Shown: positions 48,447 through 60,261, counted from the first letter of the stretch. The stretch is 64,000 bases of DNA from Candidatus Spongiisociaceae bacterium (GCA_965262915.1 OZ253564.1:2912001-2976000), one strand, 5' to 3'. The notes: a model not told the origin generated them from the sequence alone. A program made the numbers and translations.

Positions 48447-49462
48447 CGGCTGGTTCCCTCCCCGCGGTCGTCCGCCGCTCCCGGCCTGCTCTCGCCGTCC
48501 GCCACCGTGGGGCCATCCAAGCCGGCCTCCTCGTCAGCCTCGATCTGGTCCGGGGCCGGAGGCCATGGGATCACGGCTACGTACTCGAGCCGGTCGACAT
48601 CGCCTATTGGGGTCACCTCCACGCGGACAACGCCGGACCGGGGTGACGCCGAGGCGACCACCGTACCCACGTCCAGGCCCTTGGGAAACGAGTTAGATTC
48701 TCCGAACGGGCCGTAGGTGGTCAGGAGCTCGCCAGGCCGCACGGGTGCGTCGGCATCGAGGATCGACAGCTCCAGGATTCCCGTACCGAGGCCCTCGACT
48801 ATCCCCCGGCGCCCGTCCGCCAGTCGCACGGTCACACCCGGGGCCCGCCGGGAGGTGATGGGTGTCACGGTCGCTACCCGTTGGGTGGCCTCGAAGACCA
48901 CCCCCACCAGCGCACCTTGGCTGTCTATCACCGGCTGGCCGGCGTGTACCCCGTCATCGGTTCCCCGATCGATGATGAGCGTCGGGTCGAGCGTACCGGC
49001 CCGGCCGGTCACTTCCGCGGTGACCGCCAGTTCGTGGATGTCGTCCACCAGGCGCAGGCCGAGAAGGGTGTTGAGTTCGTCGACGCGCGCCTCGAGGTGG
49101 TCGACGTGGATGACCTCGGCTTCCAGTTCGGCGATCCGGTCCCTTAGCCGTTGGTTCTCGTCCCGGAGACCGGCCAGATTGGCGAGCCCGTCGGTGAATT
49201 CGACTATCGGGGTGATCACCACGTTCACTCCCGCCTGGATGGGTGCCACCAGGAACTGCGCGACGTTGCGCAATGTGGCGCCGATGCCCTCGTCGGACGA
49301 GCGGACGTCGAAGGTCATCAACAACAGCGAGATGGCGAGCAGCATTATGGCAACGAAGGCGGATCGGTCGGTGCGGCGCTCGGAGCGGCGCTTCGCCGAG
49401 GGTGCCCGGGTCGGAGTGTCGGGGCCTATCGTCGGGCGGTCGATCGAGGACATGGTACTCAT
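48443..49462 (-). CDS. mreC: Rod shape-determining protein MreC
   Basis: TM helix, coiled coil ENQRLR, IDRGTDDGV..G.PV...LVG, FPKGL.VG.V. Confidence 0.93.
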   Translation of the reverse strand: MSTMSSIDRPTIGPDTPTRAPSAKRRSERRTDRSAFVAIMLLAISLLLMTFDVRSSDEGIGATLRNVAQFLVAPIQAGVNVVITPIVEFTDGLANLAGLRDENQRLRDRIAELEAEVIHVDHLEARVDELNTLLGLRLVDDIHELAVTAEVTGRAGTLDPTLIIDRGTDDGVHAGQPVIDSQGALVGVVFEATQRVATVTPITSRRAPGVTVRLADGRRGIVEGLGTGILELSILDADAPVRPGELLTTYGPFGESNSFPKGLDVGTVVASASPRSGVVRVEVTPIGDVDRLEYVAVIPWPPAPDQIEADEEAGLDGPTVADGESRPGAADDRGEGTSR

Positions 49463-49609
49463 CTGCGGGCCCGTATCCGGGACGGACGCGCCCGGCAAGC
49501 CAGCGCTCCCGATGAGCACCGGCAGCCGGCCCTCGACCGTGGAGCCTCATGGAAGATTCTCGGTAACGGATGCGAAACCCGTGGCATGATTGCCTGTTGG
49601 TACTTCTAA

Positions 49610-49753
49610 GAGGGTGCGCGGGTAGGCGGAGCGCGGTCGCCCGTGTAGTCACTTCCCATCCGCCTGCCGGCCAGGAAACCCCTGGTCATCTCTGTCTCCT
49701 CTTCGAATGTCGCAAGGCTATTCCCCCAGGCGAGCACCCGTCCGCACACCGTC
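49610..49753 (+). repeat. Family C repeat (diverged)
   Basis: GAGGGTGCGCGGGTAGGCGGA...CCTGGTCATC...GAGCACCCGTCCGCACACCGTC. Confidence 0.7.
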
Positions 49754-49845
49754 TGGAGGGACTCGGGTAGGAAGGCGGCCCCGTCTCCGGTGACAGGGAG
49801 CCGGAGTGTCGTAGGGTAGCCGGGTGCCGCGTATTCGGTTCGCTC

Positions 49846-50886
49846 TCATCCCTTCCAAGGGCGGCCGGAGGAGTCGAGCACCGTGTGCAGCACCTCGTAC
49901 TCCTCGAGGCACTTACCCGACCCGATGACGACAGACTGCAGGGGTCGGTCGGCGATGCTGACCATCATCCCGGTTTCGAAGGAGATGCGGTGGTTGAGGG
50001 CCTTCAGCAGAGCACCGCCACCCGTGATGACGATACCCGTGTCCATGAGGTCGGCGGCCAACTCCGGTGGCGTGTTGTCCAGGGTGACCCGCACTGCGTC
50101 GACGATCGAGGAGACGGGTTCTTCGATCGCCGTCCGGACCTCGGAGGCCGATATGAGAATGGTCTTGGGAAGCCCGGACACCAGGTCCCGGCCTCGGACC
50201 TCGGCGCTCGGCTCGTCCTGGAACGGGTAGGCCGAACCGATGGTCATCTTGATCTGCTCGGAGGTACGCAGGCCCAGTAGCAGGTTGTGCTCCTTCTTGA
50301 TCCACTCGACGATGCGTTCGTCCATCTCGTCGCCACCCACCCGGATGCTCTTGGAGACTACGATGCCGCCCAGGGCGATCACGGCCACCTCGGTGGTGCC
50401 ACCACCGATGTCGACGACCATCGACCCGATCGGCTCGTTGACGGGGAGAGCGCAGCCGATGGCGGCCGCCATCGGCTCGTCGATGGTGAACGCCCGGCGG
50501 GCTCCGGCGTGGTAGGCCGCCTCCTCCACTGCCCGTCGCTCCACTCCGGTGATGCCCGACGGTACGCATATGACGATGCGGGGCTTGGCCCAGCGGCGCC
50601 GATGAACCCTCTGTATGAAGTAGCGCAGCATCCGCTCGGTTATGTCGAAGTCGGCGATCACCCCGTCGCGCAGAGGTCGGATGGCCTGGACGTACGAGGG
50701 GGTGCGGCCGATCATTCGCTTGGCGTCCATACCCACCGCCAACGCTTCGTTCGTGTGGGTGTTGATGGCGACTACCGAGGGCTCGTTGAGCACCACGCCA
50801 CGATTCCGCACGTACACGAGAGTGTTAGCGGTGCCGAGATCGACGGCCATGTCTTGGCCGGCGATCGTGAACAGGTTCTCGGCCAT
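49846..50886 (-). CDS. mreB: Rod shape-determining protein MreB
   Basis: DLGTANTL, EPSVVA, VDIGGGTTE, TGGGALL. Confidence 0.98.
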   Translation of the reverse strand: MAENLFTIAGQDMAVDLGTANTLVYVRNRGVVLNEPSVVAINTHTNEALAVGMDAKRMIGRTPSYVQAIRPLRDGVIADFDITERMLRYFIQRVHRRRWAKPRIVICVPSGITGVERRAVEEAAYHAGARRAFTIDEPMAAAIGCALPVNEPIGSMVVDIGGGTTEVAVIALGGIVVSKSIRVGGDEMDERIVEWIKKEHNLLLGLRTSEQIKMTIGSAYPFQDEPSAEVRGRDLVSGLPKTILISASEVRTAIEEPVSSIVDAVRVTLDNTPPELAADLMDTGIVITGGGALLKALNHRISFETGMMVSIADRPLQSVVIGSGKCLEEYEVLHTVLDSSGRPWKG

Positions 50887-51012
50887 TGGTACACCCCGAG
50901 TCGAAATCGTCCCCCGATTGTAGTCCCTACTGGAACGGGCGAGACCCTGGGAGCCCTACTAGTCCGGCCCGTTTCCCGGGAGGGCGGTACGAAACCGCCG
51001 ACCTTACCTCAC

Positions 51013-51423
51013 CTACCGCTCTCCGAACCAGATGTCCAGCTCGCGTTCGGCGCCCTCGGGGCTGTCGGATCCGTGGACGATGTTCTCAGCGATGTCCAAG
51101 CCGTAGTCACCCCTGATGGTTCCCGGAGGAGCCTCCACCGGGTTGGTACTCCCGATCATGGTTCGTGCGACCGATACGGCCGAGTTCCCCGACCACTGCA
51201 TGGCGACCACCGGTCCCGATGTTACGAACGCCAGCAGGTCGGAGTAGAACGCCTTGCTCCGATGTTCCGCGTAGTGGAGGGCGGCGGTGTCCTCGTCGGG
51301 GACCAGCATCTCAAGCCGATCGAGCGACAGGCCCTTGGCCTCGAAGCGGGCGATCACCTCGCCCACCAGCCGGCGGCGAACCCCATCGGGTTTGACCATT
51401 ATGAAGGTGTTCTGATGGCTCAT
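51013..51423 (-). CDS. ndk: Nucleoside-diphosphate kinase
   Basis: KPDGV.R, PGTIRGD, NIVHGSDS. Confidence 0.97.
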   Translation of the reverse strand: MSHQNTFIMVKPDGVRRRLVGEVIARFEAKGLSLDRLEMLVPDEDTAALHYAEHRSKAFYSDLLAFVTSGPVVAMQWSGNSAVSVARTMIGSTNPVEAPPGTIRGDYGLDIAENIVHGSDSPEGAERELDIWFGER

Positions 51424-51592
51424 CGCCGGTTACCGGTGGTCGGTGGTCGGTGGTCGGTGGTGACCGGTTCCGTCAGCAGCATCGAGGGGGACCTCACGAT
51501 GGTGGGTGGTCGGTGGCGGTCCGGGCTGTTGCCGAGGCCGCGGACCCTCACTCTAGTTCCACTTTGCAGCAAGGTTGCCGACACGTGTCTGA

Positions 51593-51735
51593 GAGGGTGC
51601 GCGGATAGGCGGACCGCAAGCACCCTGTCGATAGACCATGCCCGGTTGAGGATCGAAGAACACCTGGTCATCGTCGTGTACTCATCAACGTCGCACCCAG
51701 TAGTTCTCCAGGTGAGCACCTATCCGCGCACCCTC
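51593..51735 (+). repeat. Family C repeat (143 bp)
   Basis: Perfect 17-bp TIR GAGGGTGCGCGGATAGG; internal GATCGAAGAACACCTGGTCATCG shared with the 33779 copy. Confidence 0.85.
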
Positions 51736-51963
51736 TGAGCCTGAATCCACCGATGGGGAGCGCGCAGCGGACATGGAGATATGGTGGAAATGCCTCCTGA
51801 TCTGCGGCGATAGCTATTGGTAAGGATGGTTCGGTCCTGGGAAGAGGAGCAACTTCCTGTGAGTGGTGGATCCCGGAGATCGCCCTGGTCAGGATTGGTC
51901 TTCGGAACATGAATCGGTGGATTCAGGCTGAGGGCCGGATCGGCGATGTCCTCCAGGCGGGTG

Positions 51964-53253
51964 CTACGGAAGGAAGCACGATCGGGCCTCGCCCGCCACG
52001 TAGAGGGACCCGGCCACCACGATGGCCTCCTCCGGGCAGGTCCACTCCATGGCGAGGTCGATCGCTCCGGCGACCCGGTCCACCGAGGAAACGGGGATGC
52101 CCGGGAGGACCCGGGTTATGACCCGCACCAAACCGGCCGGATCGGCGGCTCGTTCGTGGTCGACGGCCGTGGCGATGACCTTGGTGGCCAGACCGGCGAA
52201 GGGGCGCAACATGGCGTAGATGTCCTTGTCGCGGAAGGCCCCGACCACCAGCGTCCAGGCTACGGGTGCCAGCTCCTCACCCAGGGTCCGCACGAGGGCC
52301 TCGCAGGCCTGCGGGTTGTGGGCCCCGTCGATGACCACTAGGGGGGAACGGCTCACCACCTCCGTACGGGCCGGTACCCGCAGGCCTGCAAGACCCTCGC
52401 GTACCGCGTCTGCCGGCAGCGCCCGGCCGAGCAGTTCCTCCACGGCTGCCACTGCCACCGCCGCGTTGGCGGCCTGATGGCGACCGTGCAGGGGAACGTA
52501 TAGGTCCTCGTAGTACCGGTAGAGCCCGTCCAGGTCCATGGTCCAACCGCCGACGGACATGCGCAGGTCCTCGATCCGAAAGTCCCTTCCCAGGGTCCGG
52601 CGCACCGCTCCCATCCGGTCCACCCGGCGGTCGGTGACCGGTATCACCTCCTCTGGAAGGTACCCGGTGACCAGGACTGTTCCCGGTTCGAGGATCGCCA
52701 GCTTCTCCCCCGCGATCTCCGCCCGCGTGTGCCCGAGATACTCGGCGTGATCGATCGAGATTCCAGTGAGGACAGCCACCTCGCTCTCGACCACATTGGT
52801 GGCATCCAGGCGCCCGCCCATCCCTACTTCCACCGCAGCCACATCGACGGCTTCGTTGGCGAAGTAGGCGAAGGCGGCGGCGGTGCTGAGCTCGAAGTAG
52901 GTGGGACGCTCCCCGATCTCGCACTCCAGCAGGTCGGCGAAGGGAGCGATGTCCCCCACCGCCCGGGCGAACTGCTCGGGGGTGGCCACCTCCCCTGCCA
53001 CACCGAACCGCTCCTCGACCCGCTGGAGGTGCGGGGAGGTGTACGTACCGGCTTTGAGGCCCAAGCTGTCCACTATCGAGGCCGAGGCTCGGGTCACCGT
53101 GGTCTTGCCGTTGGTCCCTGCAACGTGGATCACCGGCAACCGGCGATGGGGCGATCCCATCATCTCGACCAGCCGGGCGATACGGTCCAGTCCCGGTTTC
53201 CATCCCAGGCCGATGTGGCTGTCGAGGTACGCTACGGCTTGGTCGTAGTTCAT
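51964..53253 (-). CDS. folC: Folylpolyglutamate synthase / dihydrofolate synthase
   Basis: HVAGTNGKT, YTSPHL, EVGMGGRLDATNV, DGAHNP, GSLY. Confidence 0.97.
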   Translation of the reverse strand: MNYDQAVAYLDSHIGLGWKPGLDRIARLVEMMGSPHRRLPVIHVAGTNGKTTVTRASASIVDSLGLKAGTYTSPHLQRVEERFGVAGEVATPEQFARAVGDIAPFADLLECEIGERPTYFELSTAAAFAYFANEAVDVAAVEVGMGGRLDATNVVESEVAVLTGISIDHAEYLGHTRAEIAGEKLAILEPGTVLVTGYLPEEVIPVTDRRVDRMGAVRRTLGRDFRIEDLRMSVGGWTMDLDGLYRYYEDLYVPLHGRHQAANAAVAVAAVEELLGRALPADAVREGLAGLRVPARTEVVSRSPLVVIDGAHNPQACEALVRTLGEELAPVAWTLVVGAFRDKDIYAMLRPFAGLATKVIATAVDHERAADPAGLVRVITRVLPGIPVSSVDRVAGAIDLAMEWTCPEEAIVVAGSLYVAGEARSCFLP

Positions 53254-53341
53254 CGGGTGTGGGCGCCTCCCGTCGGGGCCGCTCGGATGAGCGACCGGGT
53301 ACCGGGTCGGCGACCGGCCGGCCGAGCATGATCTCCATGGT

Positions 53342-55987
53342 TCAGCAACTTCCGGCCCCCAGTGCGTCGAGTTGGGCGGTCAACGTCTGGAGGAGCTTGG
53401 AAGCGTCGGCAGCCCTCGCCTCCTCCTTGGAAACCACCTCGACGGGAGCCCGGCTGCGGAAAGCGGGGTTGGACAGTTTCCGCTCGGCCTTCTCGAACTC
53501 GGCCCTGGCGCGGCCGATGCGGCGGCCGAGACGTGCTCGCTCCGCTTCGAGGTCGATCACCCCTTCCACCGGAATGAAGGCCTCGAGGGCGCCGGCGTCC
53601 ACCCGGAGGTGTCCCGGAGCTGCCGGAGGATCGCCGACGTGGGCATCGGTAGCCGCCAGAGCGGTCAGTTGCGGGCCCCACCAGCCGGCCCACAGGCCTT
53701 CCGGGTCGTGGAGGACGGCGGTCAGTTCCAGGCGGGCAGGTATGCCGTGAGCAGCTCGCAGTCGCCTCACCCCGGCCACCAACTCCTGGAGGGTTCCGAT
53801 GCCTTGGGGCGGTATGTATCGCGGGACCCGGGGCCACGGAGACGTGATGAGCAGGCCGCCCGCCACGAGGTGGCTGTAGAGCTCCTCGGTCAGGAACGGT
53901 ATGGCAGGGTGGAAGAACTTGAGCAGGTCGCGCAGCACGACCCCGAGGGTTCGGCGGACGGCGGCAGCCTCCGGCCCCCCTGCCGAGAGGGCCGGTTTCG
54001 ACATTTCCAGGTACCAATCGAAGACCTCCGACCAGGCAAACGAATAGAGCAACGAGAAGGCATCGGAGAGCCGGTGGCGGTCGAGGAGGGAGTCCACCCG
54101 GGTGGCCACCTCGCCGAGGCGGGCCAGGATCCACCGATCGATCGGACCCGGCGCCTCCGGGTAGCCACCCTCGCGGGGTACGGCTCCGGGCTCCATGTGG
54201 ATGAGGGCGAACTTGGCGGCGTTCCACAGCTTGTTGCCGAAGCGCCGGGCGGCGTCCACCCACTTGACGTCGAAGGGGACGTCGTGGCCGGGCGATGCCG
54301 ACCGGAGCAGGCTGAGGCGCAGGGCGTCGGCCCCGTAGGTCTCGATCATCTCCATCGGGTCGACGATGTTGTTGAGCGACTTGGACATCTTGCGCCCGTC
54401 TGAGGCCCGTACCAATCCGTGGATCACTATCTCTCCGAAAGGCGCGTCCCCGACGAACTCCAGACCCATCTTCAACATGCGAGCTACCCAGAAGAAGATG
54501 ATGTCGTAGCCGGTAACCAGGACATCGGTCGGGTAGAAGCGTTGCAGATCCGGGGTGTCCTCAGGCCAGCCCAGGGTAGAGAAAGGCCAGAGGGCCGAAC
54601 TGAACCACGTATCCAACACATCTTCCTCGGCTCGCAGATCCTCCGAGCCGCACTCGCTGCAGTGTTGGGGCTCCGTCCTGGACACCATCGTCGTGCCGTC
54701 GACATCGCAATACCAGGCAGGAATGCGATGGCCCCACCACAGTTGGCGGCTGATGCACCAGTCATGGAGATTCTCCATCCAATGGAAGTAGTTCTTTTCC
54801 CAACGTTTGGGAACGAAGCGGCATGTGTCCTGCCGGACCGCATCCACAGCCGCTCCGACCAACGCGTCTACCCGGACGAACCACTGACGCGAGAGAAGGG
54901 GTTCGATCACCGCCCCGCTCCTTGAGCAATGCCCGACCGTGTGGTGATGGTCCTCGACACGGTCCAGGTACCCGTCGCGCCGGAGCGCTTCGATCACCCG
55001 CTCCCTGGCGTCGAAGCGGTCCAAACCTGCGAACCCTCCGGCGGCCTCCGTCATGCGGCCGTCCTCGCCGATCACCTCGACAGGCAGGAGTCCGGTTCTC
55101 ATCGCGATCTCGAAGTCCAGTGGATCATGAGCGGGCGTCACCTTGACCGCACCGGTGCCGAACATGGGATCGACGGCCTCATCGGCCACCACCGGGATAT
55201 CGCGATTCATGAGCGGTAGGCGAACGCTGCGCCCGACCAGATGCCGGTATCGTTCATCGTTGGGGTGTACTGCCACTCCGGTGTCGCCGAGCATCGTCTC
55301 GGGGCGCGTCGTCGCCACCGATATGCCATCCCGGGAATCGGGGTCGGCGCCTGAGAACGGATAGGTGATGTGGACCATCTGACCAAGCACCTCTTCGTAC
55401 TCCACCTCGATGTCGGAGATGGCGGTCATCAGTCCGGGCGACCAGTTGATGATGCGGTGCCCTCGGTATATGAGGCCCTTCTCGTAGAGGCTCACGAACG
55501 CTTCACGAACTGCGGCCGCGAGACCCTCGTCGAGCGTGAACCGCTCTCTGGTCCAATCACAGGAATCGCCGAGAGCCCGCATCTGCTGGGTGATTGCGCC
55601 GCCGGAGCGGCGCTTCCAGCCCCACACCTGTTCGACGAACCTCTCACGGCCCAAGTCGTGTCTCGTGAGACCCTCTTCGGCCAGTTCGCGTTCCACCACC
55701 ATCTGGGTGGCGATTCCGGCGTGGTCGGTTCCGGGGAGCCACAGGGCGGCGTATCCCTGCATGCGCTTGCGGCGGATGATGGCGTCCTGGATCGAATGGT
55801 CGAGGGCGTGCCCAATGTGGAGGACCCCGGTCACGTTGGGAGGAGGAATGACGATGGTGAACGGTCGTCCCTCCGGGTTGATCTCCGGCCTGAAGGCGCC
55901 GGCCTCCTCCCAGATCGGGTACCAGCGGGCCTCCACAGCCTTGGGGTCATAGCTTCCTTGCAGGATGCCGGTACGGGAAGTATCCAT
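53342..55987 (-). CDS. valS: Valine--tRNA ligase
   Basis: PPPNVTGVLHIGH, GTDHAGIATQ, DWCISRQLWWGH, KMSKS. Confidence 0.98.
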   Translation of the reverse strand: MDTSRTGILQGSYDPKAVEARWYPIWEEAGAFRPEINPEGRPFTIVIPPPNVTGVLHIGHALDHSIQDAIIRRKRMQGYAALWLPGTDHAGIATQMVVERELAEEGLTRHDLGRERFVEQVWGWKRRSGGAITQQMRALGDSCDWTRERFTLDEGLAAAVREAFVSLYEKGLIYRGHRIINWSPGLMTAISDIEVEYEEVLGQMVHITYPFSGADPDSRDGISVATTRPETMLGDTGVAVHPNDERYRHLVGRSVRLPLMNRDIPVVADEAVDPMFGTGAVKVTPAHDPLDFEIAMRTGLLPVEVIGEDGRMTEAAGGFAGLDRFDARERVIEALRRDGYLDRVEDHHHTVGHCSRSGAVIEPLLSRQWFVRVDALVGAAVDAVRQDTCRFVPKRWEKNYFHWMENLHDWCISRQLWWGHRIPAWYCDVDGTTMVSRTEPQHCSECGSEDLRAEEDVLDTWFSSALWPFSTLGWPEDTPDLQRFYPTDVLVTGYDIIFFWVARMLKMGLEFVGDAPFGEIVIHGLVRASDGRKMSKSLNNIVDPMEMIETYGADALRLSLLRSASPGHDVPFDVKWVDAARRFGNKLWNAAKFALIHMEPGAVPREGGYPEAPGPIDRWILARLGEVATRVDSLLDRHRLSDAFSLLYSFAWSEVFDWYLEMSKPALSAGGPEAAAVRRTLGVVLRDLLKFFHPAIPFLTEELYSHLVAGGLLITSPWPRVPRYIPPQGIGTLQELVAGVRRLRAAHGIPARLELTAVLHDPEGLWAGWWGPQLTALAATDAHVGDPPAAPGHLRVDAGALEAFIPVEGVIDLEAERARLGRRIGRARAEFEKAERKLSNPAFRSRAPVEVVSKEEARAADASKLLQTLTAQLDALGAGSC

Positions 55988-56032
55988 GTTAGGTGTCGAG
56001 TCGGATCCGGTCGGCGGTTATGAACCGGTCGA

Positions 56033-57301
56033 CTACGCGCTCCTCTCGCGGCGTTTGTCCAATTCACGTAAGGGCTGGAGGGTCGGATTGACCTTCTCCT
56101 CGACCACTCGACGATCGATCACCACCCGCCCTATGTCGGGCCGGGAGGGCAGTTCATACATCGTGTCGAGGAGTACCTCCTCCATGATCGCCCGCAGCCC
56201 CCGGGCTCCGGTGCCCCGCAGCATGGCCTGGTCGGCGATCGCCTCGATGGCGGCCGGTTCGAAAACCAACTCGATACCGTCGAACTCGAAGATCTTGACG
56301 TACTGCTTGACGAGCGCGTTGCGCGGCTCCTGCACGATCCGGATGAGAGCCTCCCGGTCGAGCGAATCCACCGTGGCCACCATCGGTAGCCGACCGATGA
56401 ACTCGGGGATGAGGCCGTACTTAATGAGGTCATCGGGTAGTACTTCGGCGAGGAGGTCGTCTTTCGGTCGCTCGTGGCGAGACCGGACATCGGCCCCGAA
56501 CCCCACGATACGGTTACCCACCCGGCGCCCGATCACGTCTTCGAGGCCGGCGAAGGCTCCTCCGCATATGAACAGCACCTCCGTGGTATCGATCTGGATG
56601 AACTCCTGGTGGGGATGCTTGCGGCCACCTTGGGGAGGTACCGAGGCCACCGTGCCCTCAAGGATCTTCAGCAAGGCCTGCTGCACACCCTCCCCCGAGA
56701 CGTCGCGGGTGATGGAGGGGTTCTCGGCCTTGCGGGCGATCTTGTCGATCTCGTCTATGTAGATGATGCCCTGCTCGGCCCGCTTCACGTCGTAGTCGGC
56801 TGCCTGGATCAGCTTCAGCAGGATATTCTCGACATCCTCCCCGACGTAGCCCGCTTCGGTGAGGGCGGTGGCGTCGGCGATGGCGAACGGTACATTGAGC
56901 ATGCGCGCCAGCGTCTGGGCGAGCAGCGTCTTGCCGCATCCGGTAGGGCCGATCAGGAGGATGTTGGACTTGGACAACTCTACGTCGTCCTTGTGGGGAG
57001 TCCCGGCGCGTATCCGCTTGTAGTGGTTGTACACAGCTACCGCCAAGGCCTTCTTGGCCCGATCCTGGCCGATCACGTAGTCGTCGAGGAAGGCGAACAC
57101 CTCGGTCGGTTTGGGCAGTTCGTTGCTGCGGTCGGACTGGCCGAAGGAGAGTTCGTCGTCCAGGATCTCGGTGCACAGCACGACGCATTCGTCGCAGATG
57201 TAGACGCCGGGACCGGCGATTAGCTTCCTGACCTGTTTCTGCGAGTGCCCGCAGAAGCTGCATTTGAGCAGTTCGCTTCCCTCGCCGTACTTGATGGCCA
57301 C
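56033..57301 (-). CDS. clpX: ATP-dependent Clp protease ATP-binding subunit ClpX
   Basis: CSFC zinc domain, [28 protein letters not shown]. Confidence 0.98.
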   Translation of the reverse strand: MAIKYGEGSELLKCSFCGHSQKQVRKLIAGPGVYICDECVVLCTEILDDELSFGQSDRSNELPKPTEVFAFLDDYVIGQDRAKKALAVAVYNHYKRIRAGTPHKDDVELSKSNILLIGPTGCGKTLLAQTLARMLNVPFAIADATALTEAGYVGEDVENILLKLIQAADYDVKRAEQGIIYIDEIDKIARKAENPSITRDVSGEGVQQALLKILEGTVASVPPQGGRKHPHQEFIQIDTTEVLFICGGAFAGLEDVIGRRVGNRIVGFGADVRSRHERPKDDLLAEVLPDDLIKYGLIPEFIGRLPMVATVDSLDREALIRIVQEPRNALVKQYVKIFEFDGIELVFEPAAIEAIADQAMLRGTGARGLRAIMEEVLLDTMYELPSRPDIGRVVIDRRVVEEKVNPTLQPLRELDKRRERSA

Positions 57302-57303
57302 TC

Positions 57304-57966
57304 TCAGAACCCCTCTGATACCGCGGCCAGATCCCTCCGGCAGAGGATATCGTCGACGATGCCGTAGTCGACCGCCTCATTGGCGCGCATCCAGAAGTCC
57401 CGGTCCGTGTCCTCGGCCACCTTCTCGTACTCCTGGCCCGTGTGCTTGGCCAGAATCCGGTTGAGTTGCTCGCGCATCTGCAAGATCAGTCGGGCCTGGA
57501 TCTCGATGTCCGCCGCCTGCCCGCTCGCTCCCCCCTGAGGTTGGTGCAGCATCACCCGTGCGTGTGGCAGGGCGAACCGCTTGCCCCGGGTGCCGCCGGC
57601 CAGGATGACCGCCGCGGCCGACGCTGCCATCCCCATGCAGACCGTGCTCACGTCGGGCTTTATGTACTGGATGGTGTCGTAGATGGCGAACAGGCTGGTG
57701 ATCTCGCCGCCCGGCGAGTTGATGTAGAGGTTCACGTCCCGGTCGGGATCTTCTGACTCGAGGTGGAGGAGTTGGGCCATGACTAGATTGGCCACCACGT
57801 CGTCGATCGCGGTACCGAGGAAGATGATCCGGTCCTTCAGGAGTCGGGAAAAGATGTCGAAGGCGCGTTCCCCCCGGCTGGTGGACTCCACCACCGTCGG
57901 GACCAGATAGCTACTCGGGCGAATGCCGAATCGGGTGCCGGTACCCGGGCCTGTACTTCCGGTCAT
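57304..57966 (-). CDS. clpP: ATP-dependent Clp protease proteolytic subunit
   Basis: [34 protein letters not shown]. Confidence 0.97.
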   Translation of the reverse strand: MTGSTGPGTGTRFGIRPSSYLVPTVVESTSRGERAFDIFSRLLKDRIIFLGTAIDDVVANLVMAQLLHLESEDPDRDVNLYINSPGGEITSLFAIYDTIQYIKPDVSTVCMGMAASAAAVILAGGTRGKRFALPHARVMLHQPQGGASGQAADIEIQARLILQMREQLNRILAKHTGQEYEKVAEDTDRDFWMRANEAVDYGIVDDILCRRDLAAVSEGF

Positions 57967-59339
57967 TGATCCCCCTGTTCGATCTCGGCTTCCACGATCT
58001 CAAACCCTTCCGACGGGTCCGAACCAAAGTCGAGCACCTTACCGTCCCGGTCTGCTGCCACCGCGCCCTCCACCAGAGTGGTGAGCGCCTTGGATCGCAG
58101 GATATCACTCACGAGGTTCATTTCGTGCATACTGCCCGCCAACCGCTCCGACAACTCGTCGGCCGTCTCGTCGCTTCGGGATGCCACCTCCTCGTACGCC
58201 TGCCGTAGCTCGTGGTCCTCCACGTCGATAGCGGCCCGGGTAGCCACCGAATCCAGCAGCACGTTACGGCGTACCTGGGCGTCCGCCTGCTGGTGCAACT
58301 GCTCGAAGAAGGTCTCCCGATCCTGTCGCGCCGCCTCGAGATATTCGTCGAAGTCCATCCCGGCGGCTTCCAGCCTGCCGCGGAGCACGTCGAAGATCCG
58401 GGCTGCGGTCACCTCGATCACCGCTCCGGGAATGTCGATGTCGACTTCTCCGCTCAAATCGGAAACCACCTTGTTGCGGAGCTGGTACTGCAACGTCGAG
58501 CGCCGTCTCCCCTCCAGTTGCTCGACCACTTGGTCTCGCAACTCCTCCACGGTGTCGAACTCGGTGAAGTCCGAAACCCAGTCGTCGTCGAGTTCGGGCA
58601 GGCGCTTCTCCTTGACCTCCTTGACCAGCACCCGGACTTCGACCGGTGTCCCGGCGCCGAGACCGCCTACATCGAACCGCAGGGTGCTCATGAAGTCGGT
58701 TATGTCACCGGCAGAGCATCCGACCAGGTTGTCACCCAGACCGTCGAGGAGACCGTCGGATCCGACCTCGTAGAGGAAGTCGCCGACCGAGACCGGTTCC
58801 AAGCTCTGACCGTCGGGAGAGGCGTGCAGATCTATCGCTACGTAGTCCCCGGCCACGGAGGGACGGTCGACGGTCTCCAACTCGGCGAACTGTTCCCGGT
58901 GCATGTCCAGGTGCTGGGCGATGATGTCGTCGTCGATCTGCACTGGCGGGTCATCCAGCTCGAAGCGGCGACCCTCGTAGTGCGGCGGGTCCTCGACTGT
59001 CGGCCACAGGCTTACGCGGATGTCCACCTCGACCCCCGGTCCCAGGTCACGTATCTCGTCCACCGAGGGGGCAACCGCCGGGGCGAGGCCGGTATCCACC
59101 AAGACGTCGGGCAATATCGTCTCGATCATCTCTTCGATGGCCTCGCCCCGGATCCGGTCCTTCCCGACAATGTTCTCAACCATCCGGCGAGGGGCCCTGC
59201 CCCGGCGGAAACCGCTGATGTCGATCTGGCGGGAGATCCGGCGCGCCGCCAGGGTCTCCGCATTGTCGAGGGGTTTACCTTCCAACCGAAGGGTGAGCCG
59301 ACGCTCGAACGGACTCAACTCGGTGACGGTGACGGACAC
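57963..59339 (-). CDS. tig: Trigger factor
   Basis: GFRRGRAP ribosome-binding motif, FKBP-like domain, [10 protein letters not shown]; start trimmed to GTG 59339 because the longer ORF overlaps tRNA-His. Confidence 0.94.
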   Translation of the reverse strand: MSVTVTELSPFERRLTLRLEGKPLDNAETLAARRISRQIDISGFRRGRAPRRMVENIVGKDRIRGEAIEEMIETILPDVLVDTGLAPAVAPSVDEIRDLGPGVEVDIRVSLWPTVEDPPHYEGRRFELDDPPVQIDDDIIAQHLDMHREQFAELETVDRPSVAGDYVAIDLHASPDGQSLEPVSVGDFLYEVGSDGLLDGLGDNLVGCSAGDITDFMSTLRFDVGGLGAGTPVEVRVLVKEVKEKRLPELDDDWVSDFTEFDTVEELRDQVVEQLEGRRRSTLQYQLRNKVVSDLSGEVDIDIPGAVIEVTAARIFDVLRGRLEAAGMDFDEYLEAARQDRETFFEQLHQQADAQVRRNVLLDSVATRAAIDVEDHELRQAYEEVASRSDETADELSERLAGSMHEMNLVSDILRSKALTTLVEGAVAADRDGKVLDFGSDPSEGFEIVEAEIEQGDQ

Positions 59340-59392
59340 GGGACTCCTCTGGTTGCGGGTAGACGGGGTGGCGTCGTCCGACGCGGCACCGG

Positions 59393-59468
59393 GGTGACCG
59401 AGGGGACTTGAACCCCCGACCTCCTGGACCACAACCAGGCGCTCTAACCAAGCTGAGCTACGGTCACC
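59393..59468 (-). tRNA. tRNA-His(GTG)
   Basis: Encoded G-1; anticodon arm CCTGG-TTGTGGT-CCAGG; GGTTCAAGTCC. Confidence 0.95.
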
Positions 59469-59531
59469 ATGTTCGATATCTGGGCGGGAGAGCCTGCACG
59501 GCTCCGTTCGTACCGGACGATCAGCGAGCCG

Positions 59532-59604
59532 CGCCCCCGGAAGGATTCGAACCTCCGACCAAGAGCTTAGAAGGCTCCTGCTCTGTCCTCTGAGCTACGG
59601 GGGC
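59532..59604 (-). tRNA. tRNA-Arg(TCT)
   Basis: GCCCCCGTAGCTCAG...GGAGC-CTTCTAA-GCTCT...GGTTCGAATCC. Confidence 0.95.
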
Positions 59605-59653
59605 TCACCGCCACCAGGCGCAGACTCGGCGGTCGGTCCGGGCTTCTCCGCGG

Positions 59654-59724
<71 letters not shown>

Positions 59725-59922
59725 CGGTCGGCCTCATACTACATCCGAACGCCGGATGGTCGAAGCCCTCCGATTGTCGACGACCGGCCCCCCTGCTGAC
59801 AGCGCATATCCCGCTGTCGATTTATGGACCAGGCCGGCGGCAGGCTCGAGCTTCGGGCTACTGAAAATAACCTACGGGAGGGCGCGGTCTGTCTAGTGTG
59901 GAGCATTGACGCATGGAGGTGA

Positions 59923-59999
59923 TGGTCGGGCTGGTCGGATTTGAACCGACGACCTCCTGCTCCCAAAGCAGGCGCGCTGCCAAGCTGCGCCACAGCCCG
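59923..59999 (-). tRNA. tRNA-Pro(TGG)
   Basis: CGGGCTGTGGCGCAG...CCTGC-TTTGGGA-GCAGG...CCCGACCA. Confidence 0.96.
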
Positions 60000-60261
60000 A
60001 TTGGGACACATTCTAAGCCAGCACGCACGGGCCGACGGTATGCCTCCGGCCCGTCGATCTCGGTGTGGAGAGGGGTGGCCGACTCGTGGTACAAGATAAT
60101 GTCGCGCTTCCCCGGAGCCTCATCCTCACGGCTTTCTGCCCTGGGTGCGACGGCCTTCAGACCGTGGGTGGCCCATGAGCAATCCTCTTGATGCATCCGG
60201 TCCGGCTGGTTCCAGCACCGGCGGCGGAGGGAACCGGAGTAACCGATCCGAGACGCCGATC

